A stretch of 64,000 bases of DNA from Adineta vaga (taxonomy: Eukaryota; Animalia; Rotifera): contig CP075496.1 in assembly GCA_021613535.1 (NCBI GenBank), positions 12,834,001-12,898,000 of the forward strand. Reading direction: 5' to 3'. Within the stretch, counting starts at the first letter, position 1. Each line of letters starts with the position of its first letter. The notes beneath the pieces are model-generated. The model was not told where the DNA came from, did not search any database, and was given only the letters and a program-made list of their open reading frames with translations. Shown here piece by piece: positions 14,461-26,410 of the stretch. The translations under genes and the position numbers were made by a program.

Positions 14461-15199
14461 TTATTTTTTTGGTTTGACAGAAAATTTAATGTCATAACAA
14501 GCATAAATATTAGCGACTGTAGCTTTAAGATTAACATCAAAGTCACCAACACTTAACCATGATGCAAAGCTTAAAAGATAAATATAGAAATTAATTAATC
14601 AATAGTAGATACTATGCATAAAATTCCTTACTCAGGTGCTTGAGGAATACTAACAGCCATTTCAATATCAATATCATTTTTATTGATATTTATTGGACAT
14701 TCACAATCAATACCGTATTGAGCAAGATTTTCTGGACATTGACCTGGTTCATATTTAATAAGACGTTTCATTAATCCACATAAATCAGGATATGAACTAA
14801 AGAAAATGAGAATATCAAGAAAAATCACTCATTTGAAAACAATGATATACCATGAACCAACAAATTCACCTTCAACAATGTAACATTTAATTGGTAATTG
14901 GATACCACTAACTTTACGAATAATATTCAAATCAGCTTTAATAACACCTTTGATATTTTCAGTAGCGGCAACAGAAACTGAAACTGTTCCTTCTCCAGGT
15001 TGAATAATAGGCATTGGTGTGATTGATAATCGACTGATTTGAACATTTCTCGATCCTAACCATATGAAAGATAAGATAAATCGAATTTTCAATAGATGTA
15101 TAACATACCGCAATCTTTGAAATCTAATTTAGTATAAGTTTGTGCTGCTGCATACGCAATGAAGCAAAGAAAGATAACTGTATGACTTTGGAATAACAT
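14461..15199 (-). CDS. GM2A: Ganglioside GM2 activator-like / ML lipid-recognition protein (4 exons)
   Basis: Signal peptide MLFQSHTVIFLCFIAYAAA; FKDC|GSRNVQISRLSITPMPIIQPG; LPIKCY..VGSC|SYPDLC; CPENLAQYGIDCECP; ASWLSVGDF. Cys spacing matches the GM2AP family. Confidence 0.85.
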
Positions 15200-16293
15200 T
15201 TCGATATACAATATGTAGTGAATGTGTTTCTCAAATTTTCACTGGTGAAAACAAGCTTTATATAAATTCAAAAATCGAGCAGCTGTTTCAATTTCCAGAT
15301 TATTGTATTTTTTTTGTATTGAAACGCCTACATATATAATACTGTCCTTGATATACTCATACGAATAAGATTTTCATGATAAAAATAATACATGGATAAC
15401 GTTAGATTAGTAATCATTGTAAAAAAAAGAAGTAAATATTCGACAAAATGTCGATCATAGAAAAAGCATTTCATTGAACATGGTACATCGAACTGGAGAA
15501 TATCATTACTGATTGAGTAGATTTCTATAGTTTTTAATGATATTTTCAAATTATAAACAGATTTAAGATAAACTTTTCTATTTATTTATTTACTTAAAAG
15601 AAAAATCGAAGTTATTTTTGATACTTCTTTTAATTCTGTATTCTTAACAGCGCTGAGAAAAAAAACCTATCGCTGCGATCTTCTGATAACATGATTATAT
15701 TTTCAATAATATTTGAATAATTTCTTTGGGGATCTAAAATCGTCTTGTTCTTTTTCTCTTTTCGACTAGAAAAATATGAGTAAGACGTGATAGTTTTCTT
15801 CAAGAGATTATTTTTCGATGAATCTATAAATAATACAAAGTAGATAAGAATTTATGAGAATGTTCACAGATGAATTAACAATACTAATATCGAACATGTC
15901 ATTAATATTAACTGCGTAAGTTGATCAAGTAAATGTTTATGTATTAATGAAATGTACCTAGAGCACATATATCTCGTATAATGTTAATCACTGTTCATTT
16001 CTCCAAACAATTCAGATTGATTATAGATTGTTATCTGATTCTCATTGACATATCGCATATTAATATGAAAACTGATGATGGTCTGATTGATGAGACTGAC
16101 TAGCTTATCAGACATTTTATGACACCGATTGGTTATGCATATGTTTCGAATGAGAAAGACTATCTTATACGATTGACGAGATGATTCTTTTTCTGATAAA
16201 TTCAGAAATCAATCTTAATCTTAAATTCGTTTATTTTTTTCTTCGTTGAATCAATTTTCGTTTGTTTTTCTTAGAAAAATAAATTGTACATAT

Positions 16294-17820
16294 TCAAATC
16301 TTTTCATGTGTTAGATAATCTTGTAATAATTGACAAGCATCTGGATCATATTGGAAGCACTAAATTAAAAAGAAATGAAAATATTCAATGATAAATAATA
16401 GTTATTCTTACCTGTTTATACATTAGAACAGATTGTTTTGGATCTTTTTGGATTCCATAACCAAGTTCAAGACATCTACCAAGAATAAAAATTGCTATAG
16501 CAATACCTTTACGAATATATTGTGGTAAACAACATGATACTCTTGATAATTCATCGATATTATCTAGTGCAGCTACCCTAAATTCACGAGAAAATATATT
16601 CATATCAAAACATCTGTTCTTTGTCAAATTACCTTTTTGCTAAATCAGTTGCTTTAGTAAATAATTTTCTATTATAATAAGCATAAACAAGCAATCCCAT
16701 TGCCTAGAAATTGTCATTTTATTATCTTAGAATAATAATATTCATGAATGTTTAACTTACATAGATATTGCCTCGTTCAGATGCTTGTCGTAAATATTCA
16801 ATCGCTTGATTAATATTTTTAGGTATACCAACTCCAAATAAACTCATCGCGCCAACAGCACCTAAATTTCCACAATCGATACTTTTTTTATGACTATTAG
16901 AAGTATGTACATTATCTTACCAAGACTTTCAAGTGATCCACGTCGTGCTGCTTGATTATGCCAATACCATGCTTTACTTAAATTATAAACAAATGAACTT
17001 TTACGTGAATAGAAAAAAGCTAAAGCTGTTTGAGCTTCAACGACTGGATCATGTCCATCACCACTTGCAGCTAATAACCACCAACTAGAATGAAATATTT
17101 CTACTAAATACACGTTGAAAAATCATCATCACTATTACTGTTCAGCTTTATCTTCAGAATGTGCGACACCAAAACCTTGAAAAAAAGCTTTACCAATATG
17201 GAATTCTGCATAAGGAACAACAAAACAATTTGGATCTTTTCCTTTCGATGAAATTTCAATCATCATTTGATAAGCATCATCCTTAAAGAAAGTACAATCA
17301 AAAGTTTTCTATTACACATACATTTTTAACATACCGGTGTACATTCTTTCGAACCTACTCCATCAAAACCCATCGTAGCGAGTTGATAAAGTGCTAAAAG
17401 AAACTCACTTCAATTAAATGAACCTAATGAATATTCAAATAAAAATTTACCTCGTAGATCGATATCTTTAATTTTCGAATACCATCTCCATGCTTTCTCA
17501 TATTGTTCTGTATCATAATAAAATTGCGCAAGAAGAAAGATCCCTTCACGAGCTCGACATTTACATTTCGAAGGATCATATACATCCATTTGACATGCAC
17601 ATTCAGTTAATTCAAGTAAATCACTTTCATATTCGTCTTCTCGACCATTTTCACGTAATAATTCACGTGTATTATCTCTCTATGAGATCACTATTAATCA
17701 TTTATAATCTTTAATGTAAAAGAGACTTACTAGAATTAATCTTTCAATCATAAATTCTCGGGCACCGAGTGCTTGAGGAATGGGAGCTGCAAATTTTTCA
17801 CCAATACTCTGTGCCGTCAT
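16294..17820 (-). CDS. LRP2BP: LRP2-binding protein (SEL1-like repeats), multi-exon
   Basis: IFLLAQFYYD..; AWYWHNQAARRGSLESL|GAVGAMSLFGVGIPKNINQAIEYLRQASERGNIY; ELSRVSCCLPQYIRKGIAIAIFILGRCLELGYGI; C-terminus YLTHEKI*. Colinear with LRP2BP as recalled. Confidence 0.88.
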
Positions 17821-18604
17821 TGTTTCTAGAATCAAATCAAAGTAATAATTATAAGAGAAAAAAGAAAATTTCTATGTTACGAAAATAACAGTATCAAATT
17901 TCAAACTGCAAATAAAAGAAAACAAAATTGTTGATTGATGACGTAGCAGCAATTAAAGTACACGACTGAACTCAAGAGTTATATTCAACTTTGAAGTAAT
18001 TATAGGATAGGATAATCTTAGAGATTATCTAAGTTTAAAATATTTATTTCTTTTTCTGATCTATTGACAAATTCTGACAATGAGTTTACAAGAAAGAATG
18101 TCTGATTAAGTAAACAGAACGTATTTTTCTACACACGTTCAGCTGTTTTTGCGATGCCATTTACTAAGTATTTGCGATGGAAAAATCTCTTTCCAAAATC
18201 AATAATTTCAATTGAAATTTTCACAAATTCATCTCTGATATTATTTTTAATAGAAATCATTTGGTTTCATGATAAAATTCGAATTTATTTTTATATTAAT
18301 ATTTCTGTCAACTAGCACCATCTTGAATGTGTCATACCTTGAAAAGGTCATCCAATAAGGTTCAATAGTTTTTTCATATTTGTTTTCTCTTCTCACTCGT
18401 TCTCGTCAAAGAAACATAACATATAAATTTGAAAAGTATTTTTAAATTCCTTCTTTTTTTTGTCGTCTTCGAACATGACTTTATCTTATGACTCAATCAC
18501 TTTTTATTCATATCCATTGTGACTCATATTCAGATCGATCATATATATATATACTATATTACATTAATATACTTTTTATAGATTTTATTTTTATCATAGA
18601 AGTA

Positions 18605-19488
18605 ATGGCGGCATCAAATAAAACAGCAGCTGTCTATCGGCTAATTATGGTACGAAACTTTCCTAGAAAAATTATGAATATTTTTTGTTCATATAAATCA
18701 TTTAGGTTGGTAGTGGTGGTGTAGGAAAATCCGCTCTCACACTTCAATATATGTATGATGAAGTAAGTGTGAATCATTCATAGTAATTTTGCATACGTTA
18801 TGAAATTTAGTTTGTTGTGGATTATGAACCAACAAAAGCTGATTCCTATCGAAAAGCAGTTATGCTTGATGGTGAAGAAGTTCAAATTGATATTTTAGAT
18901 ACTGCTGGACAAGAAAATTATGCTGGTTGGTTGTTCAAAAGAATATTTCTTGTTTGTTATCTATTTTCTTTTAGCTATTCGAGATACATATATTCGTAGT
19001 GGTGAAGGTTTTCTTCTTGTATTTGATGTAACAGATGCTGAATCATTTACTGATCTCAATGAACTTTAGTAGGTTATTTTATTCATCGGGAAAGAAATAT
19101 ATTCAATTATTCGTCTTATTTAGTGAACAAATTTTACGTGTTAAAAATGGTGGAACAAATATTCCAGCAATATTAGTAGGAAATAAAATCGATTTAGCTG
19201 AACGACGTAAAGTTACGTTAGAAGATGCAGAACAAAAAGCACGTAGTTGGTCTATTCGTTATATTGAAACATCAGCGAAAACAAAACATAATGTTGATAA
19301 GGTAATATTTCGTAATTTTCTATTGTTCTAAACATTCATTTTGGATTTTTACAAAGGTTTTCTGTGAATTAATGCGAATTGTTCGACCATTTAAACATCC
19401 TGTTCGAGAAACGAATCCTACTGCACCAGCAGGTCGACCAAGCAAACCTCCCAAAGCCAAAAAAGAAAAAAAATGTGTTATTTTATAA
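18605..19488 (+). CDS. RALA: Ras-related GTPase Ral (6 exons)
   Basis: [18 protein letters not shown], Ral-specific effector loop [24 protein letters not shown] and CAAX box CVIL*. Confidence 0.95.
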
Positions 19489-20172
19489 ATCAATATTACG
19501 AGTTCTTCTTTCTCTTTCTTAATCATCAGATTTATCATCGTTTGTTATTTCTTTCTCTCTCTCATATTCAGTTCAAATTAACATCAAACAACAGTGAAGA
19601 AATATCCTAGAAAATAATAATAATCATTTCTTCTTCTTCTTTTTTTCTCTTGTGCAATTAATCGGTTTTCTTTTCTGTGCATGTGTAATTCACTCATGTT
19701 ATTGAGGATAAACACATTGATTCACATTAACACAATGGTTTATTTACTCTTTTCTTTCTTTTCTTTTGTACACAAGCACTTGTTTGTTCTGCTTCAAAAT
19801 TAATAAATCAATTTCTTACAATTTAAACGATAAACGATAGAATTTTTTCAAATGAAACTTATGATTTCATTCTTTTTGATATTCAAGGTTGTAACATAAT
19901 ACGTCGATGTTATTAAACTTTTATTGATTCAAAGTTTTATGTTGATTTGACGTGTTTTGTCAATATAAAATTCCATTTCATCTTTTTCATATTTAATTAA
20001 TTGATTTATGGAAAGCATGAAATTCTCGAGAGAAGAATTCTCAAGTGAATAAGATGAAATCTTATCGATTTGCATGAGAAATTAGTTCTTTTGTTATGTA
20101 ATAAAACTAGATTGGAAAATATTTTATTCATAAAATTATCGATTGATGTTTTTACTTTCAAATTCAAATGAA

Positions 20173-22536
20173 TTATTGTTGAATAATGTCATACATACGT
20201 TGTTCATGAGGAGGAAAACGCCATTGAAAATTTCTTTCCTTTCCTTCAATAACAAATGTTTCAATTTGTATATGATCTTGATTACAAGAAAGACGAATAG
20301 TTTCTAAATCAAATTTTCCTTCTAATTCATCATAACAATCCATTGATTCACCATCATCATCATAGAAATTCAATTCACTAATACCAGTTTTTTCAAATGG
20401 ATAAATACGAACTTCGAAATGATCATCCATTTCAAATGGTAATATAGCACCTTCGCGAACGAATAGAGGAAATATATCTAAAGCTGCTGAAACTGTGATA
20501 CTTTGTCCACCATCATAGATTTCATCGGTCCAAAAATTATACCATTTTGTTCCGAATGGTAAATATAATGTTCGACTAGTAGCATTTTCTTCATAAACAG
20601 ATGCAATAAGTAACCATGGACCAAGAAGGAATTCGAACGATTGTTCACGACATTTTTTATCCGATTGAAAATGATAAACAGTTGGACGAATAATTGGATG
20701 ACCACTAATCATCGCTTCATGTGAAAGAGAATAGAGATATGATTGTAAACGTTTTCGAAAAAGTAATGCATCATGAATTAATGGTAATGCATCTTCATAC
20801 ATCCATAAAGAATTTTCATTATTATCATCAGAATTATCATCTTGATTTGGACGCCAAGAATGAACACAAAATCTTGGATGAAAAATACCATTCTGTATCC
20901 AACGAACAAATAATTCTAATGAAGGTTTTTCACCAGCAAATCCACCGATATCATGTCCAATTAATGGATAACCACTTAAAGATAAATTCAAACCCATTGG
21001 TATATTGTATTTCAAGGTATGCCATGAACAACGATTATCTCCTGTCCATGTTCCACCATATCGTTGCGTACCTGCACATGCTGCACGTGTTAATAACCAT
21101 GGACGAGTTTTTGAATTTGCTTCAATTTGTGCATCATAGGATGTTTTAACCATTAACATTGTTTGTATAGGTCTTAAACCTTCAATCGATTGTCCATGAA
21201 AACATTTTGCATGAGAATTTCGTATATTAAATTCATTATTATCATTCCATGTACAATCAATTCCATTGTGTAAGATTTTTTCTATAACTTGTTTCTTCCA
21301 CCAGTTGACTGTATTTGGATTTGTGAAGTCTAAATGTGCACCTAATCCACCCCAGAACGGTGCTAAATCCGGTTGAGTTTGTTTTTCATTTTGTATAAAT
21401 AATGATTGACATTCATTAAAATATGGATGTGTAGTTAACATAGCTGGTTTGATATTTCCTAAAATTTTCATTCCAGCACGATGGAAATTTTCTGTCATAG
21501 TTAATGGTGATGGTACACGTTTCTTATCCCAAACAAATACATATCGTTTTCCATCATTACTATTCATAGAATAACCAGATGATAGGTGAAAACCTGTACA
21601 TTCAATATGATATTTTGAACATTTATCAATAAATGTCTTCAACATATCTTCCGCATTGATTGCATCCGTATATTTCATTGCTGAACCTAAATAACCCAAT
21701 GTCCATTTTGGTGCTAATGGACAGTGGCCTGTTAACTTTACATATTGTTCAACTACATGTTCAATTAAAGGTCCATTGATAAAATAATAATCTAAATCAG
21801 GATCTTTACTTTCAAAATAAACGATATTGCCAAAATAATTATCAATTTCACAACCAAAATCAAATGTACAATCATATGTTGTATCATAAAACAATCCAAA
21901 AGCATGTTCATGTCGTAATGTAATATAAAATGGAATATGTTTATAAAGTGGATCACTATGTTCAGCATTGTAACCCATGGCATCCATATTTCTCATACGA
22001 TATCGACGAAATTTCTTATCAATTAGACCACTTTTTTCACCTAAACCATAATAATAATAATCGTCATCAGTCGATGGTCGAGAAAGTGTATGACGAAATT
22101 GTTGTGTAGATAAATGATATTGATAACTACAAACAGGATTATCTTGTAGAAGAATTTCATTATTTATTATCCATGTTATCGCAAATGGTTTACGTAAATG
22201 AACTTTACATGTTATGTTATCTGTTGACATGATCACTTCATTATCAACTTCAATGACAGTGAAGAGACAAGTATCGTTTGTATAATTATTTCGTGGAATT
22301 TCATGACGAAGTCTACCCTCATATGGAACATCATTCGTTTCTTTATCGACAATAGCCCATGTACGTGTGGTAGTGGGTTCACCTTTTGGCCAAACTCGAA
22401 CACGAACAAGATTGTGAGTTAAAATAGTAATGACATAGTTTGTTAATAGATTTTCTTGAGAAAAAATAATAGTATGATTTGTCTCATCGTGTAACCATTT
22501 TAATGATACATTTTCAATCGAATCTTCAAAGAACAT
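20173..22536 (-). CDS. Glycoside hydrolase family 31 alpha-glycosidase, Aec37-like subfamily; intronless, HGT candidate
   Basis: 787 aa single ORF; YYGLGEK, DPLYKHIPF, GFHLSSGYS..KRYVFVWD, nucleophile motif WNDNNE, acid/base motif WTGDN, GHDIGGF, ELFVRW, HPRFCVHSW. Confidence 0.93.
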   Translation of the reverse strand: MFFEDSIENVSLKWLHDETNHTIIFSQENLLTNYVITILTHNLVRVRVWPKGEPTTTRTWAIVDKETNDVPYEGRLRHEIPRNNYTNDTCLFTVIEVDNEVIMSTDNITCKVHLRKPFAITWIINNEILLQDNPVCSYQYHLSTQQFRHTLSRPSTDDDYYYYGLGEKSGLIDKKFRRYRMRNMDAMGYNAEHSDPLYKHIPFYITLRHEHAFGLFYDTTYDCTFDFGCEIDNYFGNIVYFESKDPDLDYYFINGPLIEHVVEQYVKLTGHCPLAPKWTLGYLGSAMKYTDAINAEDMLKTFIDKCSKYHIECTGFHLSSGYSMNSNDGKRYVFVWDKKRVPSPLTMTENFHRAGMKILGNIKPAMLTTHPYFNECQSLFIQNEKQTQPDLAPFWGGLGAHLDFTNPNTVNWWKKQVIEKILHNGIDCTWNDNNEFNIRNSHAKCFHGQSIEGLRPIQTMLMVKTSYDAQIEANSKTRPWLLTRAACAGTQRYGGTWTGDNRCSWHTLKYNIPMGLNLSLSGYPLIGHDIGGFAGEKPSLELFVRWIQNGIFHPRFCVHSWRPNQDDNSDDNNENSLWMYEDALPLIHDALLFRKRLQSYLYSLSHEAMISGHPIIRPTVYHFQSDKKCREQSFEFLLGPWLLIASVYEENATSRTLYLPFGTKWYNFWTDEIYDGGQSITVSAALDIFPLFVREGAILPFEMDDHFEVRIYPFEKTGISELNFYDDDGESMDCYDELEGKFDLETIRLSCNQDHIQIETFVIEGKERNFQWRFPPHEQRMYDIIQQ

Positions 22537-22613
22537 AATCTAGAAAAGCAAAAAAAATCGCAATCATTGATAGAAAAAATCGAAAAAAAAAGAAAAGAAC
22601 GGAAAGATATAGT

Positions 22614-24293
22614 CTAATCGTTTGGATATCGTGTTCCATTGATTGTCCATGCAGTTGGTGTGAATAGTTTGACAAGTGTTTGTACATTTTTTAAATATTT
22701 TTCTTCAAGCATATCAGCAACATGGACTAGATTATTGTCTACTGCATAAGCAGCAACTAAACCTGCTGCTTGTCCTATAGAGAATTCGACAGGATGTAAA
22801 CGAACTGCAGAATTGACTAAAAATGATTGTGCCATGGTTTTACCGATTACTATCAGGTTATCTATGTCACGATTTGTCATAGCACGTAATGGTATATAGT
22901 AAGGTAGAATAGAATAAGGCGTTTTCATATACGATGGATAATTACATTGTGGCATTCTATGAATATCAACATTATACGCACCGATACATACACGATCATC
23001 AAATATATAACCATGCAAATCACGGGCATGTCCACTAATAGTTGTAATATTCATTAGAAAATTTCCAACACCAATGGATCGACGAGATTCTCGTAAGTAA
23101 GGCATTTTTGCGAGACCATGACATGTACCTGCTGCTGGAACCGAACGTACGAGTACGGTTCGATTGGTCCACTGTGTTGGTGCCTGTTGTCTATACCAAT
23201 AATGATATCCATAAGCTTGTCGTTCCGCATTTTGAATTGCATCTAAATTGACACCACCTTGCCATTGATTTGTATCTCGTTGATGTTGAGCATCCGATGG
23301 AGAGAGGAAAAAAAATTCTTTGTGATAATCATTTCCTCCTGACCAGTTTTGTATTGTCAAATCATTGACAGCAACAATATCTGAATTCGGTGCAGATGTA
23401 TTTACTCTTCGATATGTCCATATACGCTCCCATGTTAAAGACTCAAACGTATAATTTGCTCCTCCAGTTGGTTCAGGTAATGGATTGGGAGGTTCATCAA
23501 CAGGTGTCTCTCGTAGTTGTTGAAGAAAATCGAATGTAAATGATTGACCACAGGTCGAATCACCCATACCTGATGTATCACCATCGAAACGTTCCATTAA
23601 ACCTTGTAAATAACTTGCATTTGATAATACTAATACTTCACCCCATGAACTACCTTCCATTACGAATGATAGATTTGTAAATGTTAATTGAGTTTTTGTA
23701 AACCATGCACTATCTGTTGATGAATACCAATCTGGTAATTCTTCGGATAAGAATCGACAACGTTCCGACGATGATTGAATAGGTGTCCGTTGAATAGCAT
23801 CGATTTGAATAATTCGACGACCACTTTCATCTTTATTAATACGTTTAATAACAGTATTATAGAATATACGAATTTCATCTAATTCTGGTAATACGGCTTC
23901 TGAATGAAACAAATTTGGAACTGAACATTTTGGTGATACCCAACATCGACCAGTATCACCTAAGACCGTAAGCATTTTAGCAAACATTGGATTTTGATTA
24001 TTCAATTGTCGATCAATTGCACCAACATTCAAAGTAAAATTTGAATCTTTATCTTTTACTGTATGGTATGCAAAATCTGGTGCACTTAATAATTCAGCTG
24101 TTAATTGGCCACCAGCCCAATCGGTAGGTTCAAGTAAACATACACGTGTATGCAAAAATTTTGAAGCTGTTAAAACTGCTCCTAAAGCTGATGTTGTACC
24201 ACCAACAATCAACAATTCACAATTATCAATCGTACGAATAGATGAATTGATTGAATGAATAAGAAAGAAAAATATTAGAGTATAAAATAGCAT
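22614..24293 (-). CDS. Secreted FAD-dependent oxidoreductase (FAD_oxidored/PF12831-like); intronless, HGT candidate
   Basis: 559 aa single ORF; signal peptide; Rossmann-like LLIVGGTTSALGA..CLLEPTDWAGGQLT; PYLRESRR; PYYIPLRAM; NLIVIGK; AVRLHPVEFSIGQAAG. These motifs are typical of the bacterial family. Confidence 0.85.
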   Translation of the reverse strand: MLFYTLIFFFLIHSINSSIRTIDNCELLIVGGTTSALGAVLTASKFLHTRVCLLEPTDWAGGQLTAELLSAPDFAYHTVKDKDSNFTLNVGAIDRQLNNQNPMFAKMLTVLGDTGRCWVSPKCSVPNLFHSEAVLPELDEIRIFYNTVIKRINKDESGRRIIQIDAIQRTPIQSSSERCRFLSEELPDWYSSTDSAWFTKTQLTFTNLSFVMEGSSWGEVLVLSNASYLQGLMERFDGDTSGMGDSTCGQSFTFDFLQQLRETPVDEPPNPLPEPTGGANYTFESLTWERIWTYRRVNTSAPNSDIVAVNDLTIQNWSGGNDYHKEFFFLSPSDAQHQRDTNQWQGGVNLDAIQNAERQAYGYHYWYRQQAPTQWTNRTVLVRSVPAAGTCHGLAKMPYLRESRRSIGVGNFLMNITTISGHARDLHGYIFDDRVCIGAYNVDIHRMPQCNYPSYMKTPYSILPYYIPLRAMTNRDIDNLIVIGKTMAQSFLVNSAVRLHPVEFSIGQAAGLVAAYAVDNNLVHVADMLEEKYLKNVQTLVKLFTPTAWTINGTRYPND

Positions 24294-26410
24294 TTCTCGT
24301 TTTGAATATATCTAAGATAGGAAAAACACTGTATTTTTGCAATCAGAAATGATCTATTATTTTAAATAATATTATCAGTTGTAAAATTAATATAAAAATT
24401 CTCGAGATAATCGTTGTTAATTCGTATTCATTTGGCTTTCAACAATTTATAACATTCATTAATATTTATTGATCTATCGATAAGATTTTATTACCAATAA
24501 AAACATAGAAACGTGTTTGATTGCAAAAAAATCAATATTAGTGCATAAATGGTACGAATCCCTATCATGATATTTCTTCTCTCAACTCAACCTTCTTTTT
24601 ATTCTTAGATAAATAAATCTACTTAACATAGAAACTGTATATAAACGAGTTCTTTACAAATATAATAATGTCATTCATTAACGAATCGTTTCCTGCTATT
24701 ATTTTTTACTACAAAATACATCTTAATCTAGTATATACAATAGAAAGAACCTGTTGGCTTTATCACACTCTCTATTATACTGTTTTCTCCGTCATTATCA
24801 AATCTGGTAAGCAATATATGATTTTCATGTATATTTTATATATCATTCTGTCATGTAAATATATAAACACTTATATAAACATGTGAAATATCTTGAGTCT
24901 ATATAATATCAAGGCAAAGAAAACAAATATTTTTACAACATACGATTTACTAAATAAATTTGTTGATCTAAATGAGATTTTCGAAATCGAACGGATATAA
25001 ATCAAAGTTAGTTTTCCTGTAGAAAGAAAAAATTATTGTTTATCTAGATACATACTTAACAAGAAAATGAAGTCGTTAAACGCGGAGAAAAGGTAAGCAA
25101 TATACTTGTGAATAGTAAAATGTATTAAATAAAAATTGCGTATTTATCGAAGAAAATAAAATGAGATAAAAAATATTTATAAAATGAAAATAAATAGAAA
25201 AAAGACACATCTTTTGTTGCATTATAATAATTATCTCTCCTTATCATTGTGTTGCATTTCGTTTTTTTTTCTCTGGATAAAATAAGATAAAAAGCAGAAT
25301 TGAATGTAATTACTCTTGTGTTTGCCTATTTCGTTCATTGTCTTTATCTATTATAAGAATTCAAAATAGATTTTAAAACGATGTGAATAACTGTTTATTT
25401 AGATAAAACAATCTCTTGTGTGTTTATCGATAATCATCATGTATCAAAACTTGCAATGGAGCAGACAAATACGAATTTTGATGAGAGAGTTATCAAGATT
25501 TAAAGATATTTTAATTTTATTCATTTACTCTTCTTTGAGAAAACGTTTGACACTTTAAGACTGTAATGCAATTATCAATAAATCCATCTTACAATCAACA
25601 ATCCTTTCTCTCATCGCACATATATTTCATCTGTAACCACAAAACATTCTCCAAGTTGACCCAAATTACTCTTGAGATGGTTTTTCTCTTGTAATCAGTA
25701 GAAAGACACTCGCTAATGTTGATATGTCTCTGCATAAGTAGCGAAAGTCGTGTACGTGTCTCGAGCTCTATTCGATAGGTTTTTTCTCTTGTTTTGGTTC
25801 TAACTACATAGACTGAAAACAAAAATAACTTTTGTGTATGCTACAAAATCTATCCATCTCACATGAAAGACGTCAATAAGGATTTGTAAATAATTATTTC
25901 CAATATTCCAACAATACTTAGTAAACATAAATAAATCATCATGTTATTTTGTTAGGTTTTCTTCGTGTAATAACTGGTTCTTAATACGTAACATTCTATT
26001 AGAGTCTAGTTGGTAAATTGGAAAAGAATAGTTTGCTTTACTTGGAAAAAAAACAGTCTGGATTTTTCAACATGAATACAAAGCCTATAGAATCATTTCT
26101 ATATCTATGTTGTAGTGAAATCTTTTACATAAAGAATGAAGTTGATGACGAAATTCTTCTTTTTTTTTCCTTCTGTTTATTTTGTTTTCTATCTTAATTT
26201 AATCGACTGACAACTTGTATTGCATAATATATAGAAATAAAAACAACAAAACAGATGTAAACTTTTGTTTCTATTCTAGATCTTATGCCTTTCAGTAGTG
26301 AATCATTTATTATTGTCTCCTTCTCATGTCATGTTATTTTAGATTTTCTCTTCAATCTATGATTATTACATTTCTTCAATTGATGAGTACACGTCAAATA
26401 TAATATAATC

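Noticed and set aside
20478-23878. Overlapping and antisense ORFs within GH31 and the FAD oxidoreductase
   Set aside because: Shadow frames caused by codon bias of the real genes.
20173-24293. Bacterial contamination or chimeric assembly as the source of the intronless genes
   Set aside because: Codon usage and AT content match the host genes, the spacer has a eukaryotic acceptor and no Shine-Dalgarno-like sequence, and the genes are contiguous with metazoan genes. Read-level confirmation is still needed.
25595-25822. 75-aa ORF in a slightly GC-richer patch
   Set aside because: No recognisable domain; more likely repeat debris.
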